Shown here piece by piece: positions 1 to 11,877 of a stretch of 64,000 bases of DNA. The DNA comes from an uncultured Solirubrobacterales bacterium (GTDB lineage Bacteria > Actinomycetota > Thermoleophilia > Solirubrobacterales > Solirubrobacteraceae): NCBI GenBank assembly GCA_963822855.1, contig CAWGJE010000005.1, positions 81,622 through 145,621 of the forward strand, read 5' to 3'. The notes under the pieces are model-generated. The model was given only the letters and a program-made list of their open reading frames with translations. It was not told where the DNA came from and ran no database searches. The number at the start of each line of letters is the position of its first letter. Position 1 is the stretch's first letter. The position numbers and the translations under genes are program-made.

Positions 1-2192
<2,192 letters not shown>

Positions 2193-2202
2193 ACCGGTAA
2201 TT

Positions 2203-4212
2203 TTGGGTCCGGCCCACACACCCCCCGCCACCACACTCGCCGATCCCGAAGGGATGTTGGACCTCGCGGCGGCCGAGGCGCTGCCGATCCTGCTCGTCGA
2301 CGACCAGCCCGAGAATCTGCGCACGCTCGAGGCGGTGCTCGATCCGCTCGGCTATCCGCTGCGCACGGCGTCGTCCGGGCACGGAGCGCTCCGCATGCTG
2401 CTCGAACAGGACTTCGCGATGATCCTGCTCGACGTCCGCATGCCCGGCCTCGACGGGTTCGAGACCGCACAGTTGATCAAGGAGCGAACGCGCACTCGCG
2501 ACATCCCGATCGTGTTCCTCACCGCAGCGCGGGACGAGATGTCCCAGATCACCCGCGGGTACGGGGTCGGGGCGGTCGACTATGTGCTGAAACCGTTTGA
2601 CCCTGACCTGCTCAGGTCGAAGGTGTCGGTATTTGCCGAGCTCGAGGCGAGCCGCCGCGCGCTGAAGCGGTCCGAGGCGCTGCTCAGCGGCGCATTCGAG
2701 GCGGCGCCGATCGGCAAGACCGTGCTCGACGCCGAGGGCAGGATCGTCCGCTCGAACCCCGCCTTCGCGCGGCTCGTGGGCCGGGCGCCGGGCGAGCTGA
2801 ACGGGGTAGCGGTCGTCGACCTATGCGAGCTCGATGACCGGCCGGCGATGTCGGCGGCGCTCGAGCAGATCGCGCGCGCCGCCCACTCGGGGCACGCGGG
2901 CACCGAGCGGCCGAGCCTCGACCTGCGCCTGCGGTCGAGCGCCGGCGCCGAGGTCTGGGTCGGGCTCGTGGCCTCGGCGATCGAGTCGACGGAGTTCGCA
3001 GAGCCCCTCCTGCTGGCGCAGTGGGTCGATCTGACCGTGCGCCGCCGGGCCGAGCAGGACCGAGCCGACCTGCTGCTCGAACAGGCAGCGCGCATGCAAG
3101 CGGAGTCCGTCGCCGAACGCCTGTCGAAGCTCCAGGACCTGACGACGGCACTCGAGGCGCTCGAGCTTGACGAGATCCTGCCGCAGCTGGCCACGCGACT
3201 GGCCGAGCTGTTCGGGGTCGAGGCGGCCGAGGTGCAGATTTCCGGCGAGCACGACCAGCCGCGCGTCGTGCGGGCCGCCGGCGGTCACATCCGCACCGTC
3301 CCACGCGTCGCGGCAGGAACCGAGGACGACCGGTGGCGCGAGGTGCCGCTGGTGATCGAGCGGACGACCGTCGGCTGCCTGCGCCTGGCCCAGCCGTCGG
3401 GACGGTCGTTCAGCCCCACCGAGCGCTCGCTGCTCCAGGACGCCGCCGACCGCGCCGCGCTGGCGATCCGCCGGGCGCAGCTGCACGAGGAGGAGCATCG
3501 GATCGCGGTCGAGCTCCAGCGCGGGCTGGTACCCAAGCGCCTTCCGAAGGTGAGCGGGGTCGACATCGTCGCTTCCTACGACGTCGCCGGGCTGACCGCT
3601 CAGGTCGGCGGCGACTGGTACGACGCGTTCGCGATGCCGGACGGCCGCCTCGGGATCGTCGTCGGAGACGTCACCGGGCGCGGCATTCGCGCCGCATCCG
3701 CGATGGGGCAGCTGCGCACGCTGACCCGCGCGTTCGCGCTGGCGCAGGGCGGCCACCGCGATCCCGGCGACGCGCTCACGCTGCTCAACCGCCACCAACT
3801 TCAGGGCGAGGACGAGCACCTCTTCACGATCGTCTACGCGATTATCGACCCCGAACAGGGCACGATCGCGTGGGCGAACGGCGGACATCCGCCGCCGCTC
3901 CGGCGGCGCGCCGACGGAACCTGCGTATACCTCGAGGGCGGCAACGGGCTGATGGGGGTCGAGGACAGGCCGTACGAGACCCACCAGGACCGGACCGGAC
4001 CGAACGAGACGATCGTGCTCTACACCGACGGCCTGATCGAGCGCCGAGGGGAGTCACTCGATGTCGGCCTCGAGCGGCTCGCCGCCGCCGCCTCGTCCGG
4101 GCCCGAGGATGCGCGGCGGATGTGCGACCACATCCTCGAGCGCGTGCTCGAGGAGCCTGGGCAGCGCTACGACGACGTGACCGCGGTCGTCGCCCGGCTG
4201 TTCGGCCAGTAG
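2203..4212 (+). CDS. REC-PAS-GAF-SpoIIE (PP2C) Ser/Thr phosphatase
   Basis: REC (ILLVDD, LLDVRMP, KP) and a PAS-like segment. PP2C motifs VGGDWYD, VGDVTGRG, LYTDGL, DDVT. Start may be ATG 2254. Confidence 0.92.
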   Translation: MGPAHTPPATTLADPEGMLDLAAAEALPILLVDDQPENLRTLEAVLDPLGYPLRTASSGHGALRMLLEQDFAMILLDVRMPGLDGFETAQLIKERTRTRDIPIVFLTAARDEMSQITRGYGVGAVDYVLKPFDPDLLRSKVSVFAELEASRRALKRSEALLSGAFEAAPIGKTVLDAEGRIVRSNPAFARLVGRAPGELNGVAVVDLCELDDRPAMSAALEQIARAAHSGHAGTERPSLDLRLRSSAGAEVWVGLVASAIESTEFAEPLLLAQWVDLTVRRRAEQDRADLLLEQAARMQAESVAERLSKLQDLTTALEALELDEILPQLATRLAELFGVEAAEVQISGEHDQPRVVRAAGGHIRTVPRVAAGTEDDRWREVPLVIERTTVGCLRLAQPSGRSFSPTERSLLQDAADRAALAIRRAQLHEEEHRIAVELQRGLVPKRLPKVSGVDIVASYDVAGLTAQVGGDWYDAFAMPDGRLGIVVGDVTGRGIRAASAMGQLRTLTRAFALAQGGHRDPGDALTLLNRHQLQGEDEHLFTIVYAIIDPEQGTIAWANGGHPPPLRRRADGTCVYLEGGNGLMGVEDRPYETHQDRTGPNETIVLYTDGLIERRGESLDVGLERLAAAASSGPEDARRMCDHILERVLEEPGQRYDDVTAVVARLFGQ

Positions 4213-4223
4213 CCTGAAGTGCG

Positions 4224-4685
4224 ATGGGCGCGATCCGTCTGACGACGACGCTCCAGAAACGCGGGCCCGCCGCCGCGGTCGTGCTCGACGAGGAGCAGGC
4301 GGAGCGGATCGGCGAGGGCGCCAAGCGATTCCCGGTGTCCGCGACGATCAACGGCTACACCTGGAGGACCACCGTCGCTCGCATGGGCGGCGAGTTCCTC
4401 GTCGGCATGAACAAGGAAGTGCGTGCCGGCGCTGGAGCGGAGGCCGGCGACACCGTCGAGGTGGCGATCGAGCTCGACACCGCGCCGCGCGAGGTCGAGA
4501 TCCCGGAGGCGCTCGCGAGCGCGCTGGCGAATGCGCCAGAGGCGCTGTCGGCGTTCGAAGCGCTGTCGTTTACCCACCGCAAGGAATACGCCCGCGCGAT
4601 CGAGGACGCGAAGAAGCCCGAAACGCGCGACCGTCGCGTGGCGCAGACGATCGAGAAGCTTCGGGCGATGAAGGGCGGGAAATAA
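4224..4685 (+). CDS. DUF1905 / YdeI-OmpD-associated family protein
   Basis: PVSATINGYTWRT and GDTVEV, with C-terminal FEALSFTHRKEY..I..AKKPETR.RR. Confidence 0.85.
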   Translation: MGAIRLTTTLQKRGPAAAVVLDEEQAERIGEGAKRFPVSATINGYTWRTTVARMGGEFLVGMNKEVRAGAGAEAGDTVEVAIELDTAPREVEIPEALASALANAPEALSAFEALSFTHRKEYARAIEDAKKPETRDRRVAQTIEKLRAMKGGK

Positions 4686-5053
4686 TGAGCGAGAGCAACG
4701 TCGAACTCGCTCGCGGGGGGTACGAGGCGATCATGCGCGGCGACCTCGACGCGATCGGCGAGCTGCTCGATCCGGACGTCAAATGGCATGCCGGCGATCC
4801 ATCGTTCGGCTGTCAGGATCGCAAGCAGACGCTCGGTTGGATGCGCCAGAACTGGATGCGGCGCGGGGGACCGCCGGGCGAAGTCGTCGAGATGCTCGAC
4901 GCCGGCGACAAGGTCGTGGTGATCATGCGGCGGACCGGCGACGACGGCGAGCCTGAACTCGTCGCCAACCTGACCACGTTCCGCGACGGCAAGGTGACCG
5001 AGATGGTCCACTACCCGAATCCCGACGACGCGCGCGCCGCAGCCGGCCTCTGA
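4685..5053 (+). CDS. SnoaL/NTF2-like protein
   Basis: 122 aa with MSESNVEL, LLDPDVKW, DAGDKVVV, TFRDGKV, ARAAAGL. TAATG overlap with the upstream gene. Confidence 0.85.
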   Translation: MSESNVELARGGYEAIMRGDLDAIGELLDPDVKWHAGDPSFGCQDRKQTLGWMRQNWMRRGGPPGEVVEMLDAGDKVVVIMRRTGDDGEPELVANLTTFRDGKVTEMVHYPNPDDARAAAGL

Positions 5054-6567
5054 CCGGGTCGACCCGCAACCAACTGCTGACCGGCGCCGAGTACCTCGAG
5101 AGCCTGCGTGACGGTCGCGAGGTCTGGATCGACGGCGAGCGCGTGCGGGACGTGACCGAGCACCCCGCGTTCCGGAACTCCGCGCGCTCGGTGGCCCGCC
5201 TGTACGACGCCTTGCACGACCCCAAAACCCGCGAGGTGATGACCGCGGAGGACCGCCATGGGATCCACACCCATCGCTTCTTCATGCCCTCGTACTCGCC
5301 GGCGGACCTGCTCGCCTCGCGCGAGGCGATCGCCCAATGGGCGCGGATGTCGTACGGGTACATGGGCCGCACGCCGGACTACAAGGCTTCGTTCATGGCG
5401 ACGCTGGGTGCCGATCCGGAGTGGTACGCGCCGTTCAGCGACAGCGCGCGCCACTGGTACCGCGACTACGCCGAGCGCGCGCTGTTCCTCAACCATGTGC
5501 TGATCAACCCGCCGATCGACCGCGACAAGGCGGTACACGAGGTGGAGGACGTCTACGTCCACGTGATCCGCGAACGCGACGACGGGATCATCGTGTCCGG
5601 TGCCAAGATGCTCGCCACCGGTTCGGCGGTCACCCACGCCACGTTCGTCGCCCAGAACAGCGCGGTTCAACTCGAGGAGGGCAAGGCCGAGGACTACGCG
5701 CTCGTGTTCATCGCGCCGATGGACACGCCGGGCAAGAAGCTGATCTCGCGCAGCTCGTACGAGTCGGCGGCCCGCTCGGCCTGGGACAACCCGCTATCGG
5801 CCCGCTTCGACGAGAACGACGCGGTCGTGATCTTCGACAACGCGTTCATCCCCTGGGAGAACGTGCTCGTGTACCGCGACGTGAAGAAGGCGACCGGCTT
5901 CTACGCACAGTCGGGCTTCATGCCGCGCTACACGCTCCAGTCGGGAACGCGGCTGGCGGTCAAGCTCGATTTCCTCGTGGGCCTGTTTGCCCGTGCGCTC
6001 AAAGCCAACGGGACGGCCGGCTTCCGCGGCGTACAGGCCAAGTTCGGCGAGCTCGTCGGCTGGCGGAACCTGATCTGGGCGCTCACCGACGCGCTCTGTT
6101 ACGACCCGATGGAGGGACCCGGCGGCACCGTGATCCCGAAGATCGAGAACGCCGTGCTGATCCGGCTGTTCGGGACGAGCGCGTTCCCGACGGCGCGCGC
6201 GCTGTTCGCAGAGATCCTCGCCGGCGCCCCGCTGGTCGTCCCGTCGAGCAACCGCGACCTCCAGAATGACGAGCTGCGTCCGATCATCGACCGGTTCTAT
6301 CGCGGCTCGACCGGCGACGCCCACGACCGGATCAAGCTGTTCAAGCTGATCTGGGATGCCGTTGGCAGCGAGTTCGGCTCTCGCCACGAGTGGTACGAGA
6401 TCAACTACAGCGGCAACCAGGAGCAGATGCGCCTGGACATGGCGAGGTTCTCCGGCGGACGCGGAATCCTCGACGAGTGCGACGCCCTCGTCGAGCAGTG
6501 CCTGACCGAGTACGACCTCGACGGCTGGACCGGCGATACCTGGGTGGACGTACCGGGCGCAGGCTGA
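5050..6567 (+). CDS. hpaB: 4-hydroxyphenylacetate 3-monooxygenase oxygenase component (HpaB/PvcC family)
   Basis: LLTGAEYLESLRDGREVWIDGERV, GRTPDY, INPPIDR, SGAKMLAT, RFDENDA, GSEFGSRH. The conserved N-terminus lies upstream of the ORF-track start (5143), so a CTG start at 5050 is inferred. Confidence 0.88.
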   Translation: MTGSTRNQLLTGAEYLESLRDGREVWIDGERVRDVTEHPAFRNSARSVARLYDALHDPKTREVMTAEDRHGIHTHRFFMPSYSPADLLASREAIAQWARMSYGYMGRTPDYKASFMATLGADPEWYAPFSDSARHWYRDYAERALFLNHVLINPPIDRDKAVHEVEDVYVHVIRERDDGIIVSGAKMLATGSAVTHATFVAQNSAVQLEEGKAEDYALVFIAPMDTPGKKLISRSSYESAARSAWDNPLSARFDENDAVVIFDNAFIPWENVLVYRDVKKATGFYAQSGFMPRYTLQSGTRLAVKLDFLVGLFARALKANGTAGFRGVQAKFGELVGWRNLIWALTDALCYDPMEGPGGTVIPKIENAVLIRLFGTSAFPTARALFAEILAGAPLVVPSSNRDLQNDELRPIIDRFYRGSTGDAHDRIKLFKLIWDAVGSEFGSRHEWYEINYSGNQEQMRLDMARFSGGRGILDECDALVEQCLTEYDLDGWTGDTWVDVPGAG

Positions 6568-6579
6568 GCGCCCGCGGCC

Positions 6580-7416
6580 TCAGCCGCGGTAGCCGTGCGT
6601 CCGGAGGAACTTCCGGAGCTTGGCGACGAACTTGGCGCCGCCGGGCTCCTCGGGGCTGAGCGCGCTGTTCAGGTGCCCCGCCTTCAGCTGGTTGGCGAGG
6701 AACGTGTTGACGAGCTTCATGTGCCCGAGCAACTCCTCGTCGGCGGCCCACGCCGCCGCCACTCCGACGCTGTCGGAGTAGTGCTGCCTGGCCATGCTGT
6801 GGAACGCCTTGAGCCACCCCGCCGCGTCCCGTTTGATCAGCCTCGGGTACTGACGAGTCACGCCCCGGAAGCGCCGGTTCGAGAACGTCAGGATCTGAAT
6901 CGGCAGCCCCGACGCGGCGAAGTCGGTGAACTCGTACGCGAAGAAGTCGTCCGCGGTGAGGAATTCGTAGCGGCCGTTGTGGCCTAGGTCGACGATCTGC
7001 TCCCCCGGGTCGCCGAAGTCGTGCTGGGTCTCCGTGTAGGTCATCGTGCCCGGGTCGAACGAGAACACCTGCTCGATCGAGCAACAATGGGCGCCGCCGC
7101 TGTACAGGTCGAGTACGACGTCGGGCTGCCCGTCGTGCTCGAGGTCGAGCACGTGCACCGAGGATCCCTTTCCAGACGGCGATCCCGGCGCGCAGTACGT
7201 CCCGCACAGCTTCGAGGCGACCGGCTCGTCGTAGTAGACCGTGGCGCCCTGGGCGATCGAGAGGTGCAGGCCGGTGAAGTTCGGATAGCTGCCGCTGAAC
7301 GTGAACGTCGCCGAGACGTTGCCCGACTGCGCGGTCTGGGTGGCGGCCAACGCCGACGGCGCGGCCAGCAGCGACGGCACAGTCGCGGCGACGGCGATCG
7401 CGAGTGCACGTTTCAT
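6580..7416 (-). CDS. Secreted hypothetical protein with SGGAHCC motif
   Basis: Signal peptide MKRALAIAVAA...ALA, normal codon bias, and TAGGAT 7 nt upstream of the ATG. Confidence 0.8.
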   Translation of the reverse strand: MKRALAIAVAATVPSLLAAPSALAATQTAQSGNVSATFTFSGSYPNFTGLHLSIAQGATVYYDEPVASKLCGTYCAPGSPSGKGSSVHVLDLEHDGQPDVVLDLYSGGAHCCSIEQVFSFDPGTMTYTETQHDFGDPGEQIVDLGHNGRYEFLTADDFFAYEFTDFAASGLPIQILTFSNRRFRGVTRQYPRLIKRDAAGWLKAFHSMARQHYSDSVGVAAAWAADEELLGHMKLVNTFLANQLKAGHLNSALSPEEPGGAKFVAKLRKFLRTHGYRG

Positions 7417-7441
7417 CGCGGGGATCCTATCCCGGGCGAGG

Positions 7442-8329
7442 TCAGATCCTGAACACGGTGAGCAGTCGCTTCTCGTGCTCGGCGTCGATGCGGGCGATCA
7501 CCTCGATGTGTTCCTCGAGGCCGGATCCGCGGAGTTTGTTGGCCAGCAGCTCGTCGACCTGGTAGATCCCGGCAGAGTTGGACATAGCGATTTCGACGCG
7601 GACAGCGCGGTCTTCACCCGGTGAGATCTTGACGTCCTCGATCGCGTACGCGGATATCGAGTGGATGTCGAGCCTCCCGGCCTCGAACTCCATCCGTGAT
7701 CGTCCGCGGGCCATGTCGAGCGCGTCGGCGACGCGGAGGATTCCAGCCTCGACGGTGAACGGCTCGCCGCCCTTGCTGCGGTGACCGATGATCGCGTGCA
7801 TCGCCTCGGAGACGATCACGGTCTGTTCAGGCTCCTCATACACGCCCTCGAGCAGGGATCCCAGCCGATCGGCGGTCAGAAACAGGCTGTATCGCTCGTG
7901 GTCGTTGCGGTGGATCGACATGCCGACGCAGTGGAACAGGCAGGCGGCGGCGATCACAACCTCGGCGTCGTGGTCGCTCATGCCGTAGTCCGCGGTGACG
8001 CTCGGGCTGATGCCGCGGCGGAATAGGATCCGAGCCAGGCGCAGGCCGATGTTGAGCACGATTTGGATGTGGACCCAGGAGTGATCGGTGAGGCCAAGCC
8101 GTCGGGACGCGTTGACCGCGGACACGTGCCACAGAGCCTTCACGTGACTATCGGCGTTGACGGCCTCCAGGAACCGCTCGAGTCGCCGGTTGCCCCGCGT
8201 CGGCGCGCGGATCCGGACCTCCGCGATCGCCTCCCGCGGCGGGATCGGTGGATCGAAGCGCCCGAAGCGGGAAACCTCTCTGGCGCTTGCGGTTGACTCG
8301 CCCGGATCCGGCTCGTCGATCTCAGCCAC
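7442..8329 (-). CDS. HD-superfamily metal-dependent phosphohydrolase-like protein (HD motif reads HC)
   Basis: DHSWVH, CLFHCVGMSIHR, HAIIGH, EAGILRVADALDM, IHSISA, NSAGIYQVDELL. Confidence 0.85.
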   Translation of the reverse strand: MAEIDEPDPGESTASAREVSRFGRFDPPIPPREAIAEVRIRAPTRGNRRLERFLEAVNADSHVKALWHVSAVNASRRLGLTDHSWVHIQIVLNIGLRLARILFRRGISPSVTADYGMSDHDAEVVIAAACLFHCVGMSIHRNDHERYSLFLTADRLGSLLEGVYEEPEQTVIVSEAMHAIIGHRSKGGEPFTVEAGILRVADALDMARGRSRMEFEAGRLDIHSISAYAIEDVKISPGEDRAVRVEIAMSNSAGIYQVDELLANKLRGSGLEEHIEVIARIDAEHEKRLLTVFRI

Positions 8330-9194
8330 GCGGCGCCTCCAGCAGTAGACCCTCTCGCAACCCGCCGTTCGCGACCTCGAGCGCCGCCCCGAACAACTCA
8401 GCGGCCGCCTCGAGGATCAGCAGACCCCCGGGGAGCAGCCGGGCTCGGTCCTCGTCAAGCGAGAACCGGCGCGCCACGTCGACCGCCCGCGCGCCGGACA
8501 GCAGCGACAGCACTCGGTGAAACGCGCCGGCATCGAGCACCGGTCCTGCGATCCGGCGCAGCGAGGTTGCGCTGCCGCCGACCGCCACCACGCGAGTCGT
8601 GGCCGGCGGCCGGGTTCCGTCGAGCACCTCCCGGACGCGCGTGCGGGCTCGCGCCAGATCCTCGGCGGTTGGCGGGTCGGCGCGCAGGCACTCGTCCGCG
8701 ACCACGCCCGAGCCAAGCTCGAAGGACGCAAACCAGGTCACCTGATCGGGCACTGTCCCCACCACGAGCTCGCATGATCCCCCACCGGCGTCGACGACGC
8801 CGAGTGGACCGGCAGGATCGTAGCCAAGCGTGCGCGCCGCGCCGGCGAAGGCGAGCCGGGCTTCATCTTCGGCGGAAAGGATCTCCACCTCGAGCCCGCA
8901 GGCGCGGTGGACTGCCGCCACGAGCGCGTCGCGATTGGCCGCCCGCCGGACGGCCGCCGTCGCGACCCCTCGCACGTGGGCGGCGCCGAGGTCGTGCGCC
9001 ATCTTCAGCTGCGCGGCCACCACTGTGGACACCTCGGCGATCTTGTCCTCGGCGATCTCCTCGGTGCCGGTCAAGCCCCGCCGAACATGGGTGAACACAC
9101 GCTCCTGGTGTACCTCGAGCAGTTGCTCGCCGTCGCAGTCCGCGACGAGCAGCCTCGTCGTGTTCGAGCCGATGTCGATGCAGGCACGGCGCAC
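8322..9194 (-). CDS. ppx: Short Ppx/GppA-family exopolyphosphatase
   Basis: CIDIGSNTTRL, ATAAVRRA, EDEA, DAGGGSCEL, GLREG. No C-terminal HD domain. Confidence 0.9.
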   Translation of the reverse strand: MRRACIDIGSNTTRLLVADCDGEQLLEVHQERVFTHVRRGLTGTEEIAEDKIAEVSTVVAAQLKMAHDLGAAHVRGVATAAVRRAANRDALVAAVHRACGLEVEILSAEDEARLAFAGAARTLGYDPAGPLGVVDAGGGSCELVVGTVPDQVTWFASFELGSGVVADECLRADPPTAEDLARARTRVREVLDGTRPPATTRVVAVGGSATSLRRIAGPVLDAGAFHRVLSLLSGARAVDVARRFSLDEDRARLLPGGLLILEAAAELFGAALEVANGGLREGLLLEAPRG

Positions 9195-9251
9195 GTTCGG
9201 GAAGCGGGCGATGCCGGAGCGCAGACGAGGGCGATCGCTCGCCGGCCGACT

Positions 9252-10628
9252 CTACTGATGTCGTGCGATCGGCGACGGAGGAGCCTCAGCCTGGGCTCCT
9301 CCGTTCGACGCCGGGCGGCCGTCGGGATGCGCCGGCGCGGTGCCTTTCGGAGCGGGTCCCGCGGTGCTCGCTGCAGGGGTCGGAGGGGGATGTACCCGCC
9401 GATCGGTGTCCGGCGGAGGTCCCTGGTCCGGGGGAGACGGTCGTGTCGTGCGCAGAGAATCCAGCGTAAACCAGGCCGCCGCGGTGATCGCGAGCGATCC
9501 GGCGCCCGCCACCGCCAACGCCGCCCGCGGGCTTCCGAGCGCGGTGATCGCGCCCCCGATCACGATCCCGACTCCAGGTACAGACTGGAAAAGTGCCTCG
9601 TTGAAGCTCATCATCAGCGCCATCCACCGCTCTTCCGTCTCCTCCTGGAGCGCGGTGCGGGCGGCCACCGCCTCGACTCCGTTTCCTATGCCGGCGAACG
9701 CCGCCCCGATGATCGCTACGGCCAGTGTCGGCGCTATCGCCATCACGAGGAACCCGATCCCAAGCGAAGCGGCCCCGATGACGATCAGCGACCGCGACGG
9801 AAGCGCGCGCCAGCGCGCGTAGATGGCTGCTCCGGCGACCGCGCCTGCCCCCCAAGCCGACAGCAGGGCGCCATAGCCGGCCGATCCCGCGTGCAGCGAA
9901 TGCTCGGCGAACACGACCTCGACCGGGACCGAGATCGTGAAGAACAGAACGCCGAATATCTGCAGGAGCACGAGGCGGCGAATCACCACTCGCTGGCGCG
10001 CGTACTCGATCGCGGCGCGCACCCGACCCTTTGCCGGCGCGCGGGTCGGCGCCGGCTTGGGGAGACCGGTCGCCGTCGCCAGCGTCAACCCGATCACGCC
10101 GAACAGGCAGCCGTCGGCGACCAGCGCCGTGCTTGTCCCTCCGGCCGCCACCACCGCCCCGCCGATCGCCGGACCAAGCATGAAGCAAATCGAGAATCCG
10201 GCGTTCGCGACCGCGTTCCCCTCGCGCAGGAGGCCTGCCTCCGAGGTCACGCTGACGGTCGCGGCGCGGGCCAGCGCTCGAGCGGTGAGCGCCGCCAGCC
10301 CGTCGATCAACGCGAGCACCAGCACCAAGACCAGCGAGAAATGCACCGCCACCCATGCCAGCGCGAGGAACACGAGCGCCTCGAACCAGTACAGAGCCGG
10401 AAGCACCACGCGCGGCGGGCGGCTGTCGAGGCGCGCGACGGCCAGCGGCGACAGCAGCGCCGGCACGAACTGCGCCGACAGGAAGAATCCGGCCGCTCCC
10501 AAGGCGCTACCCGTGCGCCGGTAGACGAGCAGGGCCAGCGTCAGCGAGCCGACCATGAATGCCAGCTCGTTCAGCGTGTAGGCAGCCAACAGCCGCCTGA
10601 ACGCGGGAATCTTTAGGACCCGGTTCAC
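9252..10628 (-). CDS. MFS transporter with Pro-rich C-terminal tail
   Basis: About 12 hydrophobic segments, LGPAIGG motif, and GGAGG RBS upstream of the GTG. Confidence 0.88.
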   Translation of the reverse strand: MNRVLKIPAFRRLLAAYTLNELAFMVGSLTLALLVYRRTGSALGAAGFFLSAQFVPALLSPLAVARLDSRPPRVVLPALYWFEALVFLALAWVAVHFSLVLVLVLALIDGLAALTARALARAATVSVTSEAGLLREGNAVANAGFSICFMLGPAIGGAVVAAGGTSTALVADGCLFGVIGLTLATATGLPKPAPTRAPAKGRVRAAIEYARQRVVIRRLVLLQIFGVLFFTISVPVEVVFAEHSLHAGSAGYGALLSAWGAGAVAGAAIYARWRALPSRSLIVIGAASLGIGFLVMAIAPTLAVAIIGAAFAGIGNGVEAVAARTALQEETEERWMALMMSFNEALFQSVPGVGIVIGGAITALGSPRAALAVAGAGSLAITAAAWFTLDSLRTTRPSPPDQGPPPDTDRRVHPPPTPAASTAGPAPKGTAPAHPDGRPASNGGAQAEAPPSPIARHQ

Positions 10629-10783
10629 CCGTTATACCTCCACCGGCGATCCTAGTACCGAGCCGATCTCGATGCTCACTCCAATATCAGGTGTTTGTCC
10701 CCGTCGCTTCGTACCCGCGCGACCATCGTGGCCAATCGCCTTTCGGAAAGGCCCGGCGGCCGCTGCTGTCATCCTCCTTGGGG

Positions 10784-11704
10784 ATGACGATCCGATCGCG
10801 GTCCTGGGAGCGCGCGAACACCTTTGCCCACGGCGATTTCCCGCCCGAGCGGCTCGCCGCGGAGCGCGACGGCACCGTGTCCGTGTGCCTGCCCGCGCGC
10901 AACGAGGCTCGCACGATCGGACCGATCCTCGAACGACTCGCACCGCTGCGCGAATCCGGCGTCGTCGACCAGATCGTCGTAGTCGATCGTTCGACCGACG
11001 GCACCGCCGAGATCGCCCGCCGCCTCGGCGCCGAGGTCCACGACCAGGACGAGTTGATGCCCGAGCTCGGCCCCGTGCTCGGCAAGGGCGACGCGATGTG
11101 GCGCGCCCTGCCCGTGCTGGCCGGCGACGTGATCTGCTTCCTCGACGCCGATTCGGAGCGCTTCGGCGCCCATTTCGCCTGCGGCGTGCTCGGACCGGTG
11201 CTGTGCGAGCCCGGGATCTCGTTCGTCAAGGGCTTCTACCGCCGGCCGTTCCGGCTCGGCGAGGTCACCGTCCCCGACGGCGGGGGTCGCGTCACCGAGC
11301 TGACCGCCCGCCCGCTGCTGAACCTGTTCTATCCCGATCTAGCCGCGGTCCGGCAGCCACTCGCCGGCGAGATCGCCTCGCGGCGCGAGTTGCTCGAACA
11401 GCTTCCGTTCGCGACGGGCTACGGGGTCGACATCGGCCTGCTCATCGACGCCTACTCGTCCGCCGGCCTAGACGCGATCGCCCAGGTCGACCTCGACGTT
11501 CGCCAGAACGCGCACCAGCCCCTGAGAGACCTCGGCCCGATGGCATACGCCGTCCTGCGGGCGGTGGCGGTGCGGCTCGAGCGCGAAGGCCGGCTCAGGG
11601 GCCCGCTGCCGGCAGCGTTCGCGCCGGCCGGCGATGCGCCATACCCGGCGATCGCCGAACCAGCCGAGCGGCCACCGCTGCGGAGCCTCCGGGCCGCCGC
11701 CTGA
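10784..11704 (+). CDS. gpgS: Glucosyl-3-phosphoglycerate synthase
   Basis: SVCLPARNEA, GKGDAMW, FLDADS, VKGFYRRP, GGRVTEL, QPLAGE, GYGVDIGL, HQPL. Confidence 0.9.
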   Translation: MTIRSRSWERANTFAHGDFPPERLAAERDGTVSVCLPARNEARTIGPILERLAPLRESGVVDQIVVVDRSTDGTAEIARRLGAEVHDQDELMPELGPVLGKGDAMWRALPVLAGDVICFLDADSERFGAHFACGVLGPVLCEPGISFVKGFYRRPFRLGEVTVPDGGGRVTELTARPLLNLFYPDLAAVRQPLAGEIASRRELLEQLPFATGYGVDIGLLIDAYSSAGLDAIAQVDLDVRQNAHQPLRDLGPMAYAVLRAVAVRLEREGRLRGPLPAAFAPAGDAPYPAIAEPAERPPLRSLRAAA

Positions 11705-11765
11705 CGGCCGAGTTGTGACCCATTTCGGCGCGCCCTCAACGTCCTCAATACACCGGAAATCAGGG

Positions 11766-11877
11766 CGGCTAAGCCTACACTCGCCACCCATCTGCGGGGT
11801 GAATGCCGGTTCAGCCACCTGCTGTGTGGCTAAGAGCACGTTCGATCGGCGGCGCCAGGCGAGTGTCAGCCTAGCCG
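11766..11877 (-). repeat. Structured palindromic intergenic element (REP/MITE-like or ncRNA candidate)
   Basis: 20-bp imperfect inverted repeat 11766-11785 / 11858-11877 enclosing a hairpin 11811-11818 / 11826-11833. G-U pairs favour folding of the minus strand. Confidence 0.55.

Noticed and set aside
10738-10752. Hairpin GCCTTTCGGAAAGGC as a riboswitch between the MFS gene and gpgS
   Set aside because: A single short stem with no further supporting structure.
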